Position numbers and translations under genes: made by a program
In this document: positions 14,398 to 27,803 of the stretch, piece by piece
How the letters are laid out: each line of letters opens with the position of its first letter
Position numbering within the stretch: the first letter of the stretch is position 1
Source of the DNA: Octopus sinensis
Taxonomy: Eukaryota
Reading direction: 5' to 3'
Assembly: GCF_006345805.1 (NCBI RefSeq)
Contig: NC_043011.1
Coordinates: 44,652,464-44,716,463, forward strand
DNA: 64,000 nucleotides
Notes under the pieces: generated by a model
Database searches by the model: none
Seen by the model: only the letters and a program-made list of their open reading frames with translations
What the model was told of the DNA's origin: nothing

Positions 14398-15397
14398 TTT
14401 AGCCATAGTTCTGCTAGATGAGGGATGTGAGCTATTCTGGCAAATGAATCTAACTGAGCCAATGACAAATATCATAAGATGTTAAGCAGATGAACATACA
14501 ACAAACAGTCAAAAGCCAGGACCAACCAGTTCAGTTAGAGAACTACAGCTATCATCTGTAGTTGTGGCATGCACAGATGAGATATTTCACATCTGTACCT
14601 GATCACTCAATCAGGACACTAGGTGTAAATGAATTACAATGGTCCAGGAAAAGTTACACAGCTGAATGATGGTGATAAGCATGGACATATCCCTAGGTCT
14701 ACTAGAGCACTCCTAACCTAGAACTATATCATACAGGCGTACTTCATGCTACAGTAGTAAGCACAAGTTTCTAAAGCTTCACTTCTATAGCCAACCTCCT
14801 TCACCACCCATGACATTTCTGGCCTGGCCTTGTATCTCGCTGCGTAACGCCATTATTTCAATAAAAAGAAGGGAAAAAAATCATGTTTTTACTTGGTCAT
14901 GGACATGGCTACACATTTTATAGAGGAAGTGAAATGAAAATTGTGTTTCATTCATGTCTTTCGGCGTGGACATTAATAATTAGACGAATAATTAGAGAGA
15001 TTTAAATGAAGAGAAGACTAACTTGCCAATACCGGAGATTCAAGCAGAACAGGCTTGCAAAAAGTGAAAGCAGTAATGATTTCCTGGTAATTAGGTGAGA
15101 TATAATGTGGGTGGAGCGGTGTTTAACTTGAGGTTGAGTCAACTTTTTAATATTAATGGAAATTGAAAAGCGGGAAGTCCTATGTACAGGCGAGATAGAA
15201 TGTGCTTTTTATAAAATGAAACTAATTTTCAGCAGGCTTTTACATTAAAGTAGAACAAGTAGTTCTGATGTTTCATTCGTAGTGTTTCAAAATATGCTGG
15301 GAACAACATGGACTTCCTTCAAAGTACACACACACACATACATGTGCATGTGTATACATAATCAGAAATATACATATGTATCTATACACACATGCAC

Positions 15398-15429
<32 letters not shown>

Positions 15430-15431
<2 letters not shown>

Positions 15432-15812
15432 CTTTTACTCTCTTTTACTTGTTTCAGTCATGTGACTGTGGCCATGCTGGAGCGCCACCTTTAGTCGAGC
15501 AAATCGACCCCAGGACTTATTCTTTGTAAGCCTAGCACTTATTCTATCAGTCTCTTTTGCCGAATCGCTATGTTACGGGGATGTAAACAAACCAGCATCG
15601 GTTGTGAAGCGATGTTGAAGGGACAAACACAGACACACACACATACATATATATGACAGGCTTCTTTCAGTTTCTGTCTACCAAATCCACTCACAAGGCT
15701 TTGTCGGCCCAAGGCTATAGTAGAAGACACTAGCCCAAGGTGTCACGCAGTGGGACTGAACCCAGAACCATGTGGTTGGTAAACAAGCTACTTACTACAC
15801 AGCCACTCCTAT
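15430..15812 (-). mobile_element. SINE family A
   Basis: Full-length reverse copy. Confidence 0.85.
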
Positions 15813-16149
15813 GCCTATGTATGTATATAAATTAGAGAAAAACCACCTTTTATCAATTCAACAATGAAATAACAATGATATAATTAAATTATACCATATA
15901 GAAAAAAATTAAATATAAGATAAAATCATATACCAATAATTAAGTAATGTACAAAATAATAAATAAAAAGTATATAATTGGTAAAAGGACTACACGTGTG
16001 TATATATATATGTTTTTACACATATTGTTTGTAAAGTGTGTGTGTGTATATATATACATACACACACACATATGCAAATATACATATACATATGTACACA
16101 CACACATCTATAATTAATCCAAAAAAAAAAACAAAGATAAAACACTACA

Positions 16150-16320
16150 AGAAAAAAAACAACATCGTGAGGATATGGTACATACAAAGTATTAATAAGG
16201 CACTCAAAGAAGCAAAGAAAGGGTGTTTTACATTTTGAGCAAAGCTCTTCATCAGGAACAGGAGCAGAGGAAAGTCCAAGAGAAAAGGAAGACGGAGGGG
16301 AAAAATTGCCAACGATCCAC
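16150..16320 (-). mobile_element. Penelope-like pLTR fragment with a decayed hammerhead core
   Basis: Minus strand 16255-16230: CTGATGA-A-GAGC ttt GCTC-AAAATGT. The expected CGAAACGT reads CAAAATGT, consistent with two CpG transitions. Confidence 0.4.
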
Positions 16321-16879
16321 ATATAGTTACACTTTGAAATACACACACACACATATATATATATACAGATATAGATATACACACATGCACACACACACAC
16401 ACACACACATGTACCCTGTTAAGTATGGAAGCCCATATGGTTTTACTGCAACAAAAGATTTATTTTATATTCCTTCTTTCACAAACCTAAATGGAAGTTT
16501 TAAGTCAAACCTTTTTGTTGTTTAGTTCCCATGTCAACCCACATCAACTTTGACCTATGATTAAAGACATTCTTAAGCTGCAACCATGAGGTTTAACCCC
16601 ACCCATCCACCCACTTATCTACACATGCACCTCAATCACATGTATCTAGGGCCATAATTTTTAATGAACCTGGGGAAATTTTCTCCCATCCCTTAACAGG
16701 AAAGGAATTTCAAGATTCCAAACGGTAAATCTGGGATTCCACTAGAAAAATTCTTTTAGAGTTTAGGATAGAAATTCTTTAATCATTATTCATAGTTTGT
16801 CCTTGGTTTATTTTATTTTAAGGACCCTAAAATAAAATAGAAGTTTTTGTTTTGCTGTTTAAGATTAAATGGATTTTTC

Positions 16880-17254
16880 CCTGGGCATGGATTCACTGAA
16901 GCTCCGGCGTCTGGCGACGGACTTAGTAAACACCCACAAGGTTATCAACCACCTCACCAACAACAACACTGAACACCTTTTTGATCTCCATGTGTCTAAC
17001 ACACGTGGACATGCCTACAAAGTCAGAAAACAACACAGCTCCCATGACTTTCGGAAACATTTTTTCACGCTCAGGGTTGCTGAAGCGTGGAATAAACTGC
17101 CTGCGTCAGTTGTTGACTGCCATGACACTGCATCCTTTAAGGCCCTCATGCTTTCCGAAATCCGCCGAAACTACACCTGATTATATATACACTTTAGATG
17201 AGTTGTAGTGCACCTGAGCACTGTACACAATTATTATTATTATTATTATTATTA
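16880..17254 (+). mobile_element. 5'-truncated CR1-clade LINE 3' end
   Basis: ORF2 C-terminus LKLRRLATDL...NTRGHAYKVRK...RKHFFTLRVAEAWNKLPASVVDC..TASFK, a short 3'UTR (gtgcacctgagcactg) and an (ATT)n tail. Confidence 0.85.
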
Positions 17255-17982
17255 TAACCAATGGCATACAGAGTAAAGGGTAAAGACCCCCTTCAGTGAT
17301 GAATGACCATGGAATTGCACCTAGAAAGTTCCCCTCTGAGGGGCAAGTCTGGGCAAGATTGTTTACGGAAGACAAACACAGAACAAAGTGTCTTACTCAA
17401 GGAAAAAAAAAACAGCCTGGTCCTGGAATCAAATTCACTACCTCATGATTGTAAGCCCAATGCTCTAACCACTGAGCCATGTGATATCAGATAAAAGTAA
17501 CCTTTAGTGAGAAGACCCTATGCAAATGAAACCATGTGAGCACAGAATGACCACAATAAGCAGAGCAGACATGAGGCATGATTCCTATAAGGGACACTGT
17601 CCAATTTGTTTTCAATCCAGACATGAACTTCATTTAATTTTATAAAAGAAAAACGTTTCAAATGTTTTTTTAAAGTATATAATATGTAATTACATAAAAT
17701 AGATTTAAACTTAAATTTAGCATTTAAACTGGCCATATCTACCCCAAATACTCAACCTGTTTTATGTTCTAGCTAGCAAGATCCAGATGCTTGCATCTAT
17801 CCAATGAGATCATTCTAAAAATAAACAATCACATCATCAAGATCTTGAAGCTACAAAGTTATGCATGATTAACCCAACCTGTTAGCGTTAAGATTATTCT
17901 GCCAATTGTTATACTTATTTATTCCATTGTTTCGAATTAATCAAGCATTATCTTAAGAGATTTGAGATGATGATGATGCAAT

Positions 17983-18363
17983 TACTCTTTTACTTGTTTC
18001 AGTCATTTGACTGTGGCCATGCTGGAACACCGCCTTTAGTCGAGCAAATCGACCCCGGGACTTATTCTTTGTAAGCCCAGTACTTATTCTATCGGTCTCT
18101 TTTGCCGAACCGCTAAGTGACGGGGATGTAAACACACCAGCATCGGTTGTCAAGCAATGCTAGGGGGACAAACACACACACAAACACACACACACATACA
18201 TATATACGACAGGCTTCTTTCAGTTTCCGTCTACCAAATCCACTCACAAGGCATTGGTCGGCCCGGGGCTATAGCAGAAAACACTTGCCCAAGATGCCAC
18301 ACAGTGGGACTGAACCCGGAACCATGTGGTTGGTTAGCAAGCAACTTACCACACAGCCACTCC
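17983..18363 (-). mobile_element. SINE family A
   Basis: Full-length reverse copy. Confidence 0.85.
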
Positions 18364-19725
18364 TTGTTTATTTTTCAGAATGATATTGTAGGGTAGCGAG
18401 CTGGCAAAATTGTTAGTATGCCAGGTAAAATGCTTAGCAGCATTTTTGCCTGTCTTGACATTCTGAGTTCAAACTCTGCCGAGGTCGACTTTGCCTTTTA
18501 TCCTTTCAGAGTCAATAAAATAAGTACCAGTCATGCACTGGGATTGATATAATCAACCTACTCCTCCTCCAAAGTTGCTGGCCTTGTGCCAAAATTTGAA
18601 ACCATTATTATAGCCAAGTTGCAACCTGGGTAAGTATAAGAGGTGAAATCTGGCCAGTTTGGACATAAAACAGATAGAATATTTGGACCAGATATGTCTA
18701 GTTTAAATGCTAAATGGTTAGTAAAAACAATGTGAATAAATAAACATTACAGTTGACATTCTGATTGCTAAGGGGTTACACAATGACGGATACTCTGTCA
18801 CTCTTGGCAATGGGTAGCCAGTTGTTGGACAGACTGAATCCTTACTTAAGAAATTAACTTGAACGTGGCTGAGTATTCCACAGACATGTGTACTCTTAGC
18901 ATAATTTCCAAGTTGAATCAGCACGACACAATGTGACAAAGTTGGAACTTGGAATTAACAACAGGTACAAACCAGAGAGGGAGGAGCAAAGAGAAGACCC
19001 AACAACAATGCTGGATGACAGGTAAGATTAAAAGAGTATCTGGTAGACTCCACAGGTTAAACCTTATTTTAGGAATCAGTGCATTAATGAAATACAGGTA
19101 CAGCATCAGTTTTCTAAACCCTTTGGTTCCAAAGACTTTCTAGATTATCAATTTTTCTAAACTGGGGGTGGTCAACTTGATCAACCACAATCCACATTAA
19201 ACAAAAATTGGTTTTAAATTTTGGTACAAAGCAACAAGTTCAGTAAGTTGATTACACTGCCCCACCTCCTGCGATTAACTGGTTCTTATTTTATAAACCT
19301 CAAATGGATAAAGGGCAAAATCAACATAAACACACAAAATGCCGTTAAGCATTTTACTCGGTGTTCTAATGATTTTGCCAACTTGCTGCGCTGCATTAAA
19401 CAAATATTAGATTTGATTAAATAATTGAATGAAATACAGGGACCTGTACATTAGTATAAATGATATAAGTTTATTAATATTGTACTTTGCAAGGTATTAG
19501 TTTGTACAAAGTAATAGTTGTATACAAGGCACCAGTAAAGTAGACTAGCAGCTGTGGGAATTTGAAGTTCCTGCTTGTAAATTAGTGCAGATTTTAAGAG
19601 GTTCTTGGACTATCAGTATCTGAAAAGTCAGTGTTGTATGCTTGTCTTTTACTTCCATTTTTTTCTGCCACTACAATTAGTTAGAGAGAGAGAGTGTGTG
19701 TGTGTGTGTGGTGTGTGTGTGTGTG

Positions 19726-19771
<46 letters not shown>

Positions 19772-20540
19772 CATTTCTTTCATGTTTTACTTTCACATTT
19801 TAGCATCCTAGAATAAGATTTAACCATTTGTTTACTAACCCTCAAAAGACAAAACCCAAAACGGACTTTGGTGCAATTTGAACTCAGTACACAGACAGGA
19901 AGAACTTATTGTACAAATATCACATAACAATTCTGTTTGCAGATCTAACCATTTTGCCAATTTGATGCCATTCATTTAAGAACGTTATTCTTTGATCCAA
20001 CATGACAGTAAATTCCACCAAACTGCTCATTTGTGGGTGACAAAATGAGAAACCCTACATACAACTCTCAAGACCTGATACCTAACATATTAATGACATT
20101 TTAAAAAATCTTATAGCGAAAGCAGTGCCCATGACCTTTCACGAGACCTCCAAGACTTTAAGAGGAAGGAAGGAAGGAAGGAAGGAAACCATCTAGATTG
20201 GAGGTCTGATGCTTACAGAGTGGATTCCACTTAAGATACCCAAGGTGCCAAGTTGTGGTGTTAAAGGAAGTGATGGAACGTCTTTTGTTACCATATTTCT
20301 CTTGAGAGAGACAGTTTGAAAATATTGATGGAATTTAGGAACTATTAAACAATATCTGAAATATAAATTAATGTGAAATTTTAATAAGTTTTTAATTTAA
20401 CTTGTATACTTTGTATCAGAATCAGGGGCAGTCTCAAGCAGGTTGGTATCAAAAGGGTTAAACTCTATCTACCACTGCAGTAGGCCATGGATGAACTTGA
20501 ACTCAAATAGAAAAAGGGAGATGACAATGATCACAAGTAC

Positions 20541-20675
20541 CTTATTTACATTTGACAGAAGGCTGGAGAGTATATCAGCCGAAACGTTGTGTTAACAACA
20601 AACAAGATGAGGACAAATATCCGTCAAATGTAAATAATGTAAATAATTCCTCACCTCTTAAATATAGAACTGTAT
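20541..20675 (+). mobile_element. Short Penelope-like fragment with an inverted 15-bp terminal segment
   Basis: ttatttacatttgac (20542-20556) is the reverse complement of gtcaaatgtaaataa (20623-20637). It contains stem GGCTG..CAGCC followed by GAAACGT but lacks CTGANGA. Confidence 0.4.
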
Positions 20676-21099
20676 TAACTATCACAAGGTATCTCATCTG
20701 ACATCCTTACTGTTCTGCCAATGCACCACCCCAGATTGATGCCATTTTATCAACCCCAAAAGGATGAGAGATAAAGTTTCTCCATGGTAGGATTTAAACT
20801 CAGAGTGCAGAGTTGGAATAAATATTGCGAGACATTTATTCCAACACTCAAACTGCTGTCCAATGTTCTAAATCAAATACCAACATCTACTAATTTCCTG
20901 TCTTGAGGAGGGACACCTGGACACTTCATCTCTACTATCAATCTCTTCACAGCTGCTATTGACCACTCTGTCCCTTCCCTATTAAATGAGAGTAACCATT
21001 CAGCTCTTCAACAAGAAATTGCTCTTCCCCCATCCCTCCTTTCATACTTTAACCCCTAATTCCTCAGCATAAAACTAACTCTTTTCCTTGGAGTCCATA

Positions 21100-21264
21100 G
21101 GCGTAGGAGTGGCTGTATGGTAAGTAGCTTGCTTACCAACCACATGGTTCTGGGTTCACTCCCACTGCATGGCACTTTGGGCAAGTGTCTTCAACTATTG
21201 CCTCGGGCCGACCAAAGCCTTGTGAGTGGATTTGGTATACGGAAACTGAAAGAAGCCCGTCGCA

Positions 21265-21320
<56 letters not shown>

Positions 21321-21520
21321 CATGTTTGTCCTCCCAACATCACTTGACAACCGATGCTGGTGCGTTTACATCCCTGTAACTTAGCAGTTCAACAAAAGAT
21401 AATGATAGAATAAGTACTAGGCTTACAATGAATAAGTCCTGGGGTCGATTTGCTCGATTAAAGACGGTGCTCCAGTAAGGCCACAGTCAAATGACTGAAA
21501 CAAGTAAAAGAGTAAAAGAG
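21100..21520 (+). mobile_element. SINE family A
   Basis: ggcgtaggagtggctgtatggtaag...gaaacaagtaaaagagtaaaagag. Confidence 0.85.
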
Positions 21521-21979
21521 AGTCCTAAAAGCAGCATGGCAACCTTAATAGTGCTAATGACATGAAAAATGTACCAAGTATATGCTGTAAAATGGTTGGC
21601 ATTAGGAAGGGCATCAAGCTGTAGAAACCATACTAAAGCAGATATTGGAGACCACTGGATCCTGTCAGTCCATGCCAGCATGAAACATGGACATTAAATG
21701 CTGATGATGATGCCAAGTGCCACACTAGATGCACAAACTATACTGACCATGCTCATTTTGTACCATTTTGTTCTCCGACGTTACAACACATTAGAAGGAA
21801 TTTGGTAAAACTGCAAGACAAAATTTCTTGCCATGCATGATGCATCACGTTTATTTTTTTGGGGGGGTTTTGTCTTTTATTTCGTATTTACGACATCTAT
21901 AAAGAAACAATCCACTGGAATTACTGTTATACTGGATCAAACAATATAAATTGCTTGTCCAATATATGTTTTATAGAAT

Positions 21980-22365
21980 TTTACTCATTTACTTGTTTCA
22001 GTCATTTGACTGTAGCCATGCTGGAGCACCGTCTTTTAGTCGAAGAAATCGATCCCAGGACTTATTCTTTGTAAGCCTAGCACTTATTCTATCGGTCTCT
22101 TTTGCCGAACCACTAAGTTACAGGGACATAAACACACCAGCATCGGTTGTCAAGCGATGTTGGGAGGACAAACACAGACACACAAACATATACATATATA
22201 TATATGACGGGCTTCTTGCAGTTTCCATCTACCAAATCCACTCGCAAGGCTTTGGTCAGCCCGAGGCTATAGTAGAAGACACTTGCCCAAGGTGCTACGC
22301 AGTGGGACTGAACCCAGAACCATGTGGTTGGTAAGCAAGCAACTTACCACACAGCCACTACTGCG
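21980..22365 (-). mobile_element. SINE family A
   Basis: Full-length reverse copy. Confidence 0.85.
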
Positions 22366-23292
22366 CTTATCTTATATTTTATGTATAAAAAAAAACATTA
22401 TTAACTGTGCAATTACGATGGCATTACTGCTTGAGAATAAAATCAAACCAGCTTTTGAAATAAATATACATATATTCTATCTCCAGGTCCAATGTTTTAT
22501 AAAATGATATATTTTATACTTAAAGCACTATATTAACTGTCCAGATCCAAAGTATTATTGGCAGATAATATAATCAAGCCAGATATTGAAATAAATATAC
22601 ATATATTCTATCTCTTGACATAATGTGTTTCTGACAGTCCAAATGTTTTATAGATTGAAGTATTTTATATTTAAAAGCACAATATTAACTTACAGATCCA
22701 AAAGCATTATTGTTAGAGAATATAATCAAGGCAGAACTAAAAGAAAGATATATATATATATATTCTGCCTCTAGACACAATGTATTTCTGATAGTCAATT
22801 ATTCAAAAGAATCTTTTATCACATGAGATCATCATCCACAGTTACAAGGCGGATGACCACATTTGATATTGTTTATATATATAGTGGTACTGAACCAATA
22901 ATGCATAGCAGCAACAGGACATTGAAAGTTCCAAACATTTAATTTGCAATGTAAAAAATATATATATATAAGACTTCACAAGAGAGCTCGAATCTGCTTC
23001 AAATATTCAAATAGAATTTGAAATTGAATAAATATTTTGTAGTTATTTCATTTTTGTTAAATCAATTTTGTGTAAATCATAAGGGCTCAATAAATGTGAA
23101 GGAAATCAGGATTGGAGCAATATTTATACTATACTATATATATATATATATATTATAATTTAGGGTATCTAAGAGATACCTCCACGCTTGAAATAGCAGC
23201 CAAAACTTGACTCTAAAACCACATTAAATGTTCATACAGCACCAGGATAGAAGGCAAAATGACAAGATGAACTAGCAAAAAGTTACTGGATA

Positions 23293-23350
23293 ATTCCAGA
23301 TCCCGGATTTCTGGCTTTGCACAAGAAATGCTTTGCCTCATCAGTGGAAT
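23293..23350 (-). ncRNA. Type I hammerhead-like motif with a 1-nt insertion, intronic and sense to the NHS-like gene
   Basis: Minus strand: AUUCCA-CUGAUGA-GGC aaa GCA uuucuug UGC aaa GCC-a-GAA-AUC cgg GAU-C-UGGAAU. Stem I is 6 bp and the triplet is AUC. There is one extra A between C11.1 and G12. Confidence 0.6.
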
Positions 23351-23510
23351 ATACACAGATAGTAACATGAATACACATACAACTAATTGGATGAGGTAAT
23401 TGAAAACAAATTCAATCTACCTCTAGACGCCAATGTATTTCTGACAGATATTCGTAGAAATCACGTCATGTAATGAATACATATATACATGTACACACAC
23501 ATTATATTAG

Positions 23511-23545
<35 letters not shown>

Positions 23546-23733
23546 GGCGTCACGTAAAATGCAATGGCAATGGTGCCACATGATGCTAGTGCCATGTAAA
23601 AGGCACCCAGTACACTCCTATAAACTGGTTGGCGTTAGGAAGGGTATTTATTCAGCTGTAGAAACCAGTATGGATCCTCTCAAACCGTTCAACCCCTGCC
23701 AGCATGGAAAACGGACGTTAAATGGTGAGGATG

Positions 23734-23766
<33 letters not shown>

Positions 23767-23779
23767 GGGGGGGGCAAAT

Positions 23780-23975
23780 TTACAGAAAACAAAAGACGAA
23801 GACAGGTGAAGGAACAATAAGAAGGTATATTAGTTTGACGCTCGAGAAGAATGGAAAAATCTTTGACGTTTCGGGTCTACGCTCTTCGACAGAAAAGGGA
23901 TGAGAGGAAAAAAGAAAGGGAAGAGAACAAAAAAAAACGGAGAGAGTAAAAAAACTATATGTATAGGAAACAGAC
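23780..23975 (-). mobile_element. Penelope-like pLTR fragment
   Basis: Homologous to 44245-44440 and carries the variant hammerhead core. Confidence 0.45.
23860..23896 (-). ncRNA. Second copy of the CUGUCGA minimal hammerhead-like motif, stem II broken
   Basis: Minus strand: CUUUU-CUGUCGA-A-GAGC guag ACCC-GAAACGUC-AAAGA. Confidence 0.3.
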
Positions 23976-24629
23976 AGAGCTGAAGAGTCCCTGACCAAAA
24001 AGGTTTGCTTGGTTAGCCGATCTAGGTCTCATTAAATACAAGGCAGAAGTGTACACACAATCACACGTTTTCGAACGTATATATAAAGGCAACAAATAGA
24101 CAAGCACACACATAGCATGTATAATATTTATGCATACTAAACACAAACACACACACACACACACGTGTGTGTGTATGTGTGTTGCAAGACAAAATTTCTT
24201 GCCATGCATGATGCATCACTTTTTGGGGTTTTTTTTTGGGGGGGGGGGGTCTTTTATTTCTTATTTACGACATCTATAAAGAAACAATCCACTGGAATTA
24301 CTGTTATAGTGGATCAAACAATATGAATTGCTTGTCCAATATATGTTTTATAGAATTTTACTCTTTTACTTTGTTTCAGTCATTTGACTGTGGCCATGCT
24401 GGAGCACCGCCTTTTAGTCGAAGAAATCGACCCCAGGACTTATTCTTTTTAAGCCTAGTACTTATTCTATCGGTCACTTTTGCCGAACCGCAAAAAGTTT
24501 GCTTGGTTAGCCGATCTAGGTCTCACACTTTTTCGAATGTATATATAAAGGCAACAAATATACAAGCATACACACAGCATGCATAGTATTTATACATACC
24601 AATAACACACACGCACACACGTGTGTGTT

Positions 24630-24691
<62 letters not shown>

Positions 24692-24758
24692 AGACATACA
24701 GACAGACAGACAGATATAAAATATATGCATGTATGTATATGTATGTATGTATATGTAT

Positions 24759-24849
<91 letters not shown>

Positions 24850-26107
24850 TAAAATATATTCATGTATGTATATGTATGTATGTGTGTGTATATATATATA
24901 TTACATTATATCATATTATATCATATTATATTATATTATATATCTTATGATATCCACGAAACGAGCACTAAACGTCAAAACGGTGTGACCAAGATTTAGG
25001 TGATGAGTCATAATAATCTAACAGACTTTTTCTCAGAGAAAGAGAGAAGGCGATAGGGGAGGAAGCAAGCACCATATAAGAGAGTTAAGCCTTAACATTC
25101 TCACACTAAACCTAAGAGGACTTGCAGTAAACACCTAAACGCACCCAACACGATCTCTATCTAGCATGTTGATGGAATAAACACCAAGGGACTCGTTCGT
25201 TAGACGACATCTTGTTAAAAGTAATTAAAGGTTTTTTTCTGTTTACGTGGCTTTTTAGAATGACCGAAAGAACCTTTTTTTATGTAAGAAATCAATATTA
25301 CTGCTTACATGTGACCATCATTATGTGATTATTAAGTCATAATAGCATTGATGTATCACCGAAGATGGTGTTTTTGGGGTTGCCCTGTGGTCCAAAAACA
25401 CACAGAAGCAAACAGCATGAGCTACTTTATACACCTACCAACTCTCAATTTTGTGTCTTTGAAATTCTACCGCAATTTGAGAAGTCAGGGAGAGTGAGGG
25501 GGTGTGTAAAAATATAAGGAGGTGGGGATTTTGTGTAGCCCCCAGGTCAACCCTGATCGGACAGAACTTTTGATAAACGGTATTCCAGTCGTGACCACCA
25601 CCCTCTTCTTATGTGCAAGACACTAATAACTAATTCAGCGTGTTCTTTGTTAAAAGAACAGGGCGTGCTTTTAAGGATATTTGGCTACTATTTCTGACAG
25701 ATCGAAGCGACTACCTCGAGATTACCTCATTTCTGCAAGTGTGAGGCATCACCCTATATCAACAAGAACATTTGTTAATGATAAAGTAATGATTAATTAA
25801 TGATTTATTGATCAATAATTAATTCCAAACGATTTCAAAATTTTCGTCTCTGAAATAACCAATATTTTTTTTTTTTTTTTTAAATTTCACCCAAAATAGC
25901 ATTCATGAATATATCTTCATAGCCTCATAAATAATAATGTATGTGAGATCCGCAAAAATATATTTATCTGTTAAATAAATAAATACATCCACCCATCCAT
26001 ACATACATAAATGACCGATATCTTTAATACCATTCGGGTTTGTGATAGTATACACCTTGTTTATGCCACAAAGGCATATAGCGTCCAAAATTAAATTTTA
26101 TGTATTA

Positions 26108-26380
26108 CTAGCAGTATCGCCCGGCGTTGCTCGGGTTTGTAAGGGAAATAACTATACAGCATTTTTAGAGAGTTATAGCCAAAAAATAGCAAAAAAATGC
26201 ATTAAAATGGAAAAAAATGATGGTAAATTATTAGACGCGCGCTAATACCCAGAAGGGCTCGATATGAATCACGACTATAAGATACCCGGTTTTGGTTACA
26301 CTGCACCTCAAAATGTGGAAGTAGTTAGGAATCTAAATCGAAGGGACAGACACTCACACAACTAGTTTTATATATAAAGA
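26108..26380 (-). mobile_element. Non-autonomous Helitron-like element
   Basis: Reverse complement shows A|TCTTTATATATAAAA...CCCGAGCAACGCCGGGCGATACTGCTAG|T. Confidence 0.75.
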
Positions 26381-27803
26381 TTTGTATTGTAGATCCTTAC
26401 ATCTGTTAATTGAAGGCATACTTAATGATTTCATGAGCGTTGTTGATGTTTGGCTCCAGGTCATGGCAAGACTGAGCCGATCTATGAATAAAGACGTTCC
26501 AGCTGTGACCATCCGTCTTTTTATTCAAATAGGCTATCACTAAACTGTCAAGCGACCGTGTAAAGGTTATCTCGTATTTATTTAGCTTCGCGCGCGCGTA
26601 TTTATGAATGCATGTGTGAGACAGAGAGAGAAAATGCAGACCTAGAAATCACTCGAATGTTTTATTAAGTCAACAAAAATAACAAGAGATTAAGGTAGAG
26701 ATGGAACTCATCACACCTACTTTGCCAATAACCCGACTCAACATAGCTAATTAGAAAAAAACTAATTAACCGTCAAATTACATGGGCGAGAAAATGGAAA
26801 GACGAAAACATAGAAAGAGGCACCGCGAAAGTGAGTGAAAAGTTAGAGTACTAAAGAGAATCGATCGCACGTCCACCTCGTTACGGACGACTCAGTATCT
26901 CAGTGCAGTTAATGAGAATTTAACGAAATATGAAGTTATAACATCGAAAACTAACACAAAATACTCTACAGATATAAACAACTATATGACCAGAGTATAA
27001 CTACTTCTCCCTGCTAAGTAGACCTGGCAGAAATAGCAGTCAAATCACCCTAGAATAACGCAAACATGCTAACATTGTACATTTAGTCTTAGACACACCC
27101 CTAAAAAGTATGGGGTGGTCCACACTTGAACAACCTCTACCTCACCGATCAGGGCGCAGTTAGGAGTTGGGGAACAAGTAATTACGACACTTAAGCGTTG
27201 GAGAAAAAACTTTGGTGAAATTCTCGGGAGTTTATAAAAGAAGGTACACTCCTGTTACCTTCAGAGGTGAGCATGAAGAGGCCCCCATGATGATAATAAT
27301 AATAATGTTTGGTGATTTCTAACTTGGGAATCAAGGTCAGATATTTTGGAGAAGAAAAACAGTTGTACTTTATAGATCTGGCAGCATATTACTGGTATGT
27401 GCGTGTGTGAGTGTGTGGGTAATTTATAATTATATGGCGTAGTTATTTTGTTTATTGCAAACAAAATAATTAAATAAACACCTCTAACATAAAATAGCTT
27501 AGTTGTTATTTACGATTGATTCTATAACAAAGAACTGCAGTTATTATACATTAAAATCAATGAAAAAATTACAAAAAATACATTAGTATCATTGAAATAA
27601 TAACAAAAACACGCCACATATACATATACATATATAAGGTACACCAAATTCGACATGGTTTTTAAAGATAGATGCTAAGGTCCATAAAAAGAATAGAAAC
27701 AATTTTAAATATTATTGAATCAAAGAAAAGAAATGATAATCAAAATAAAATAATGGATGTTGTAGTAGGGATTGGGAGTGTTGAATGTGAAAGTTTCACT
27801 TAC

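Larger units (their letters stand above)
1..27803 (-). other. Putative first intron of the NHS-like gene (acceptor not located in window)
   Basis: Donor GTAAGT at 27803-27798 on the minus strand. No downstream WHD-continuing exon was recognised by eye. Confidence 0.55.

Noticed and set aside
23982-23995. CTGAAGAGTCC on the plus strand
   Set aside because: No matching GGAC-GAAA half; it sits at a duplication junction.
25085-25137. LSLNILTLNLRGL resembling an APE endonuclease N-terminus
   Set aside because: Only about 15 codons before a stop, with no further motifs.
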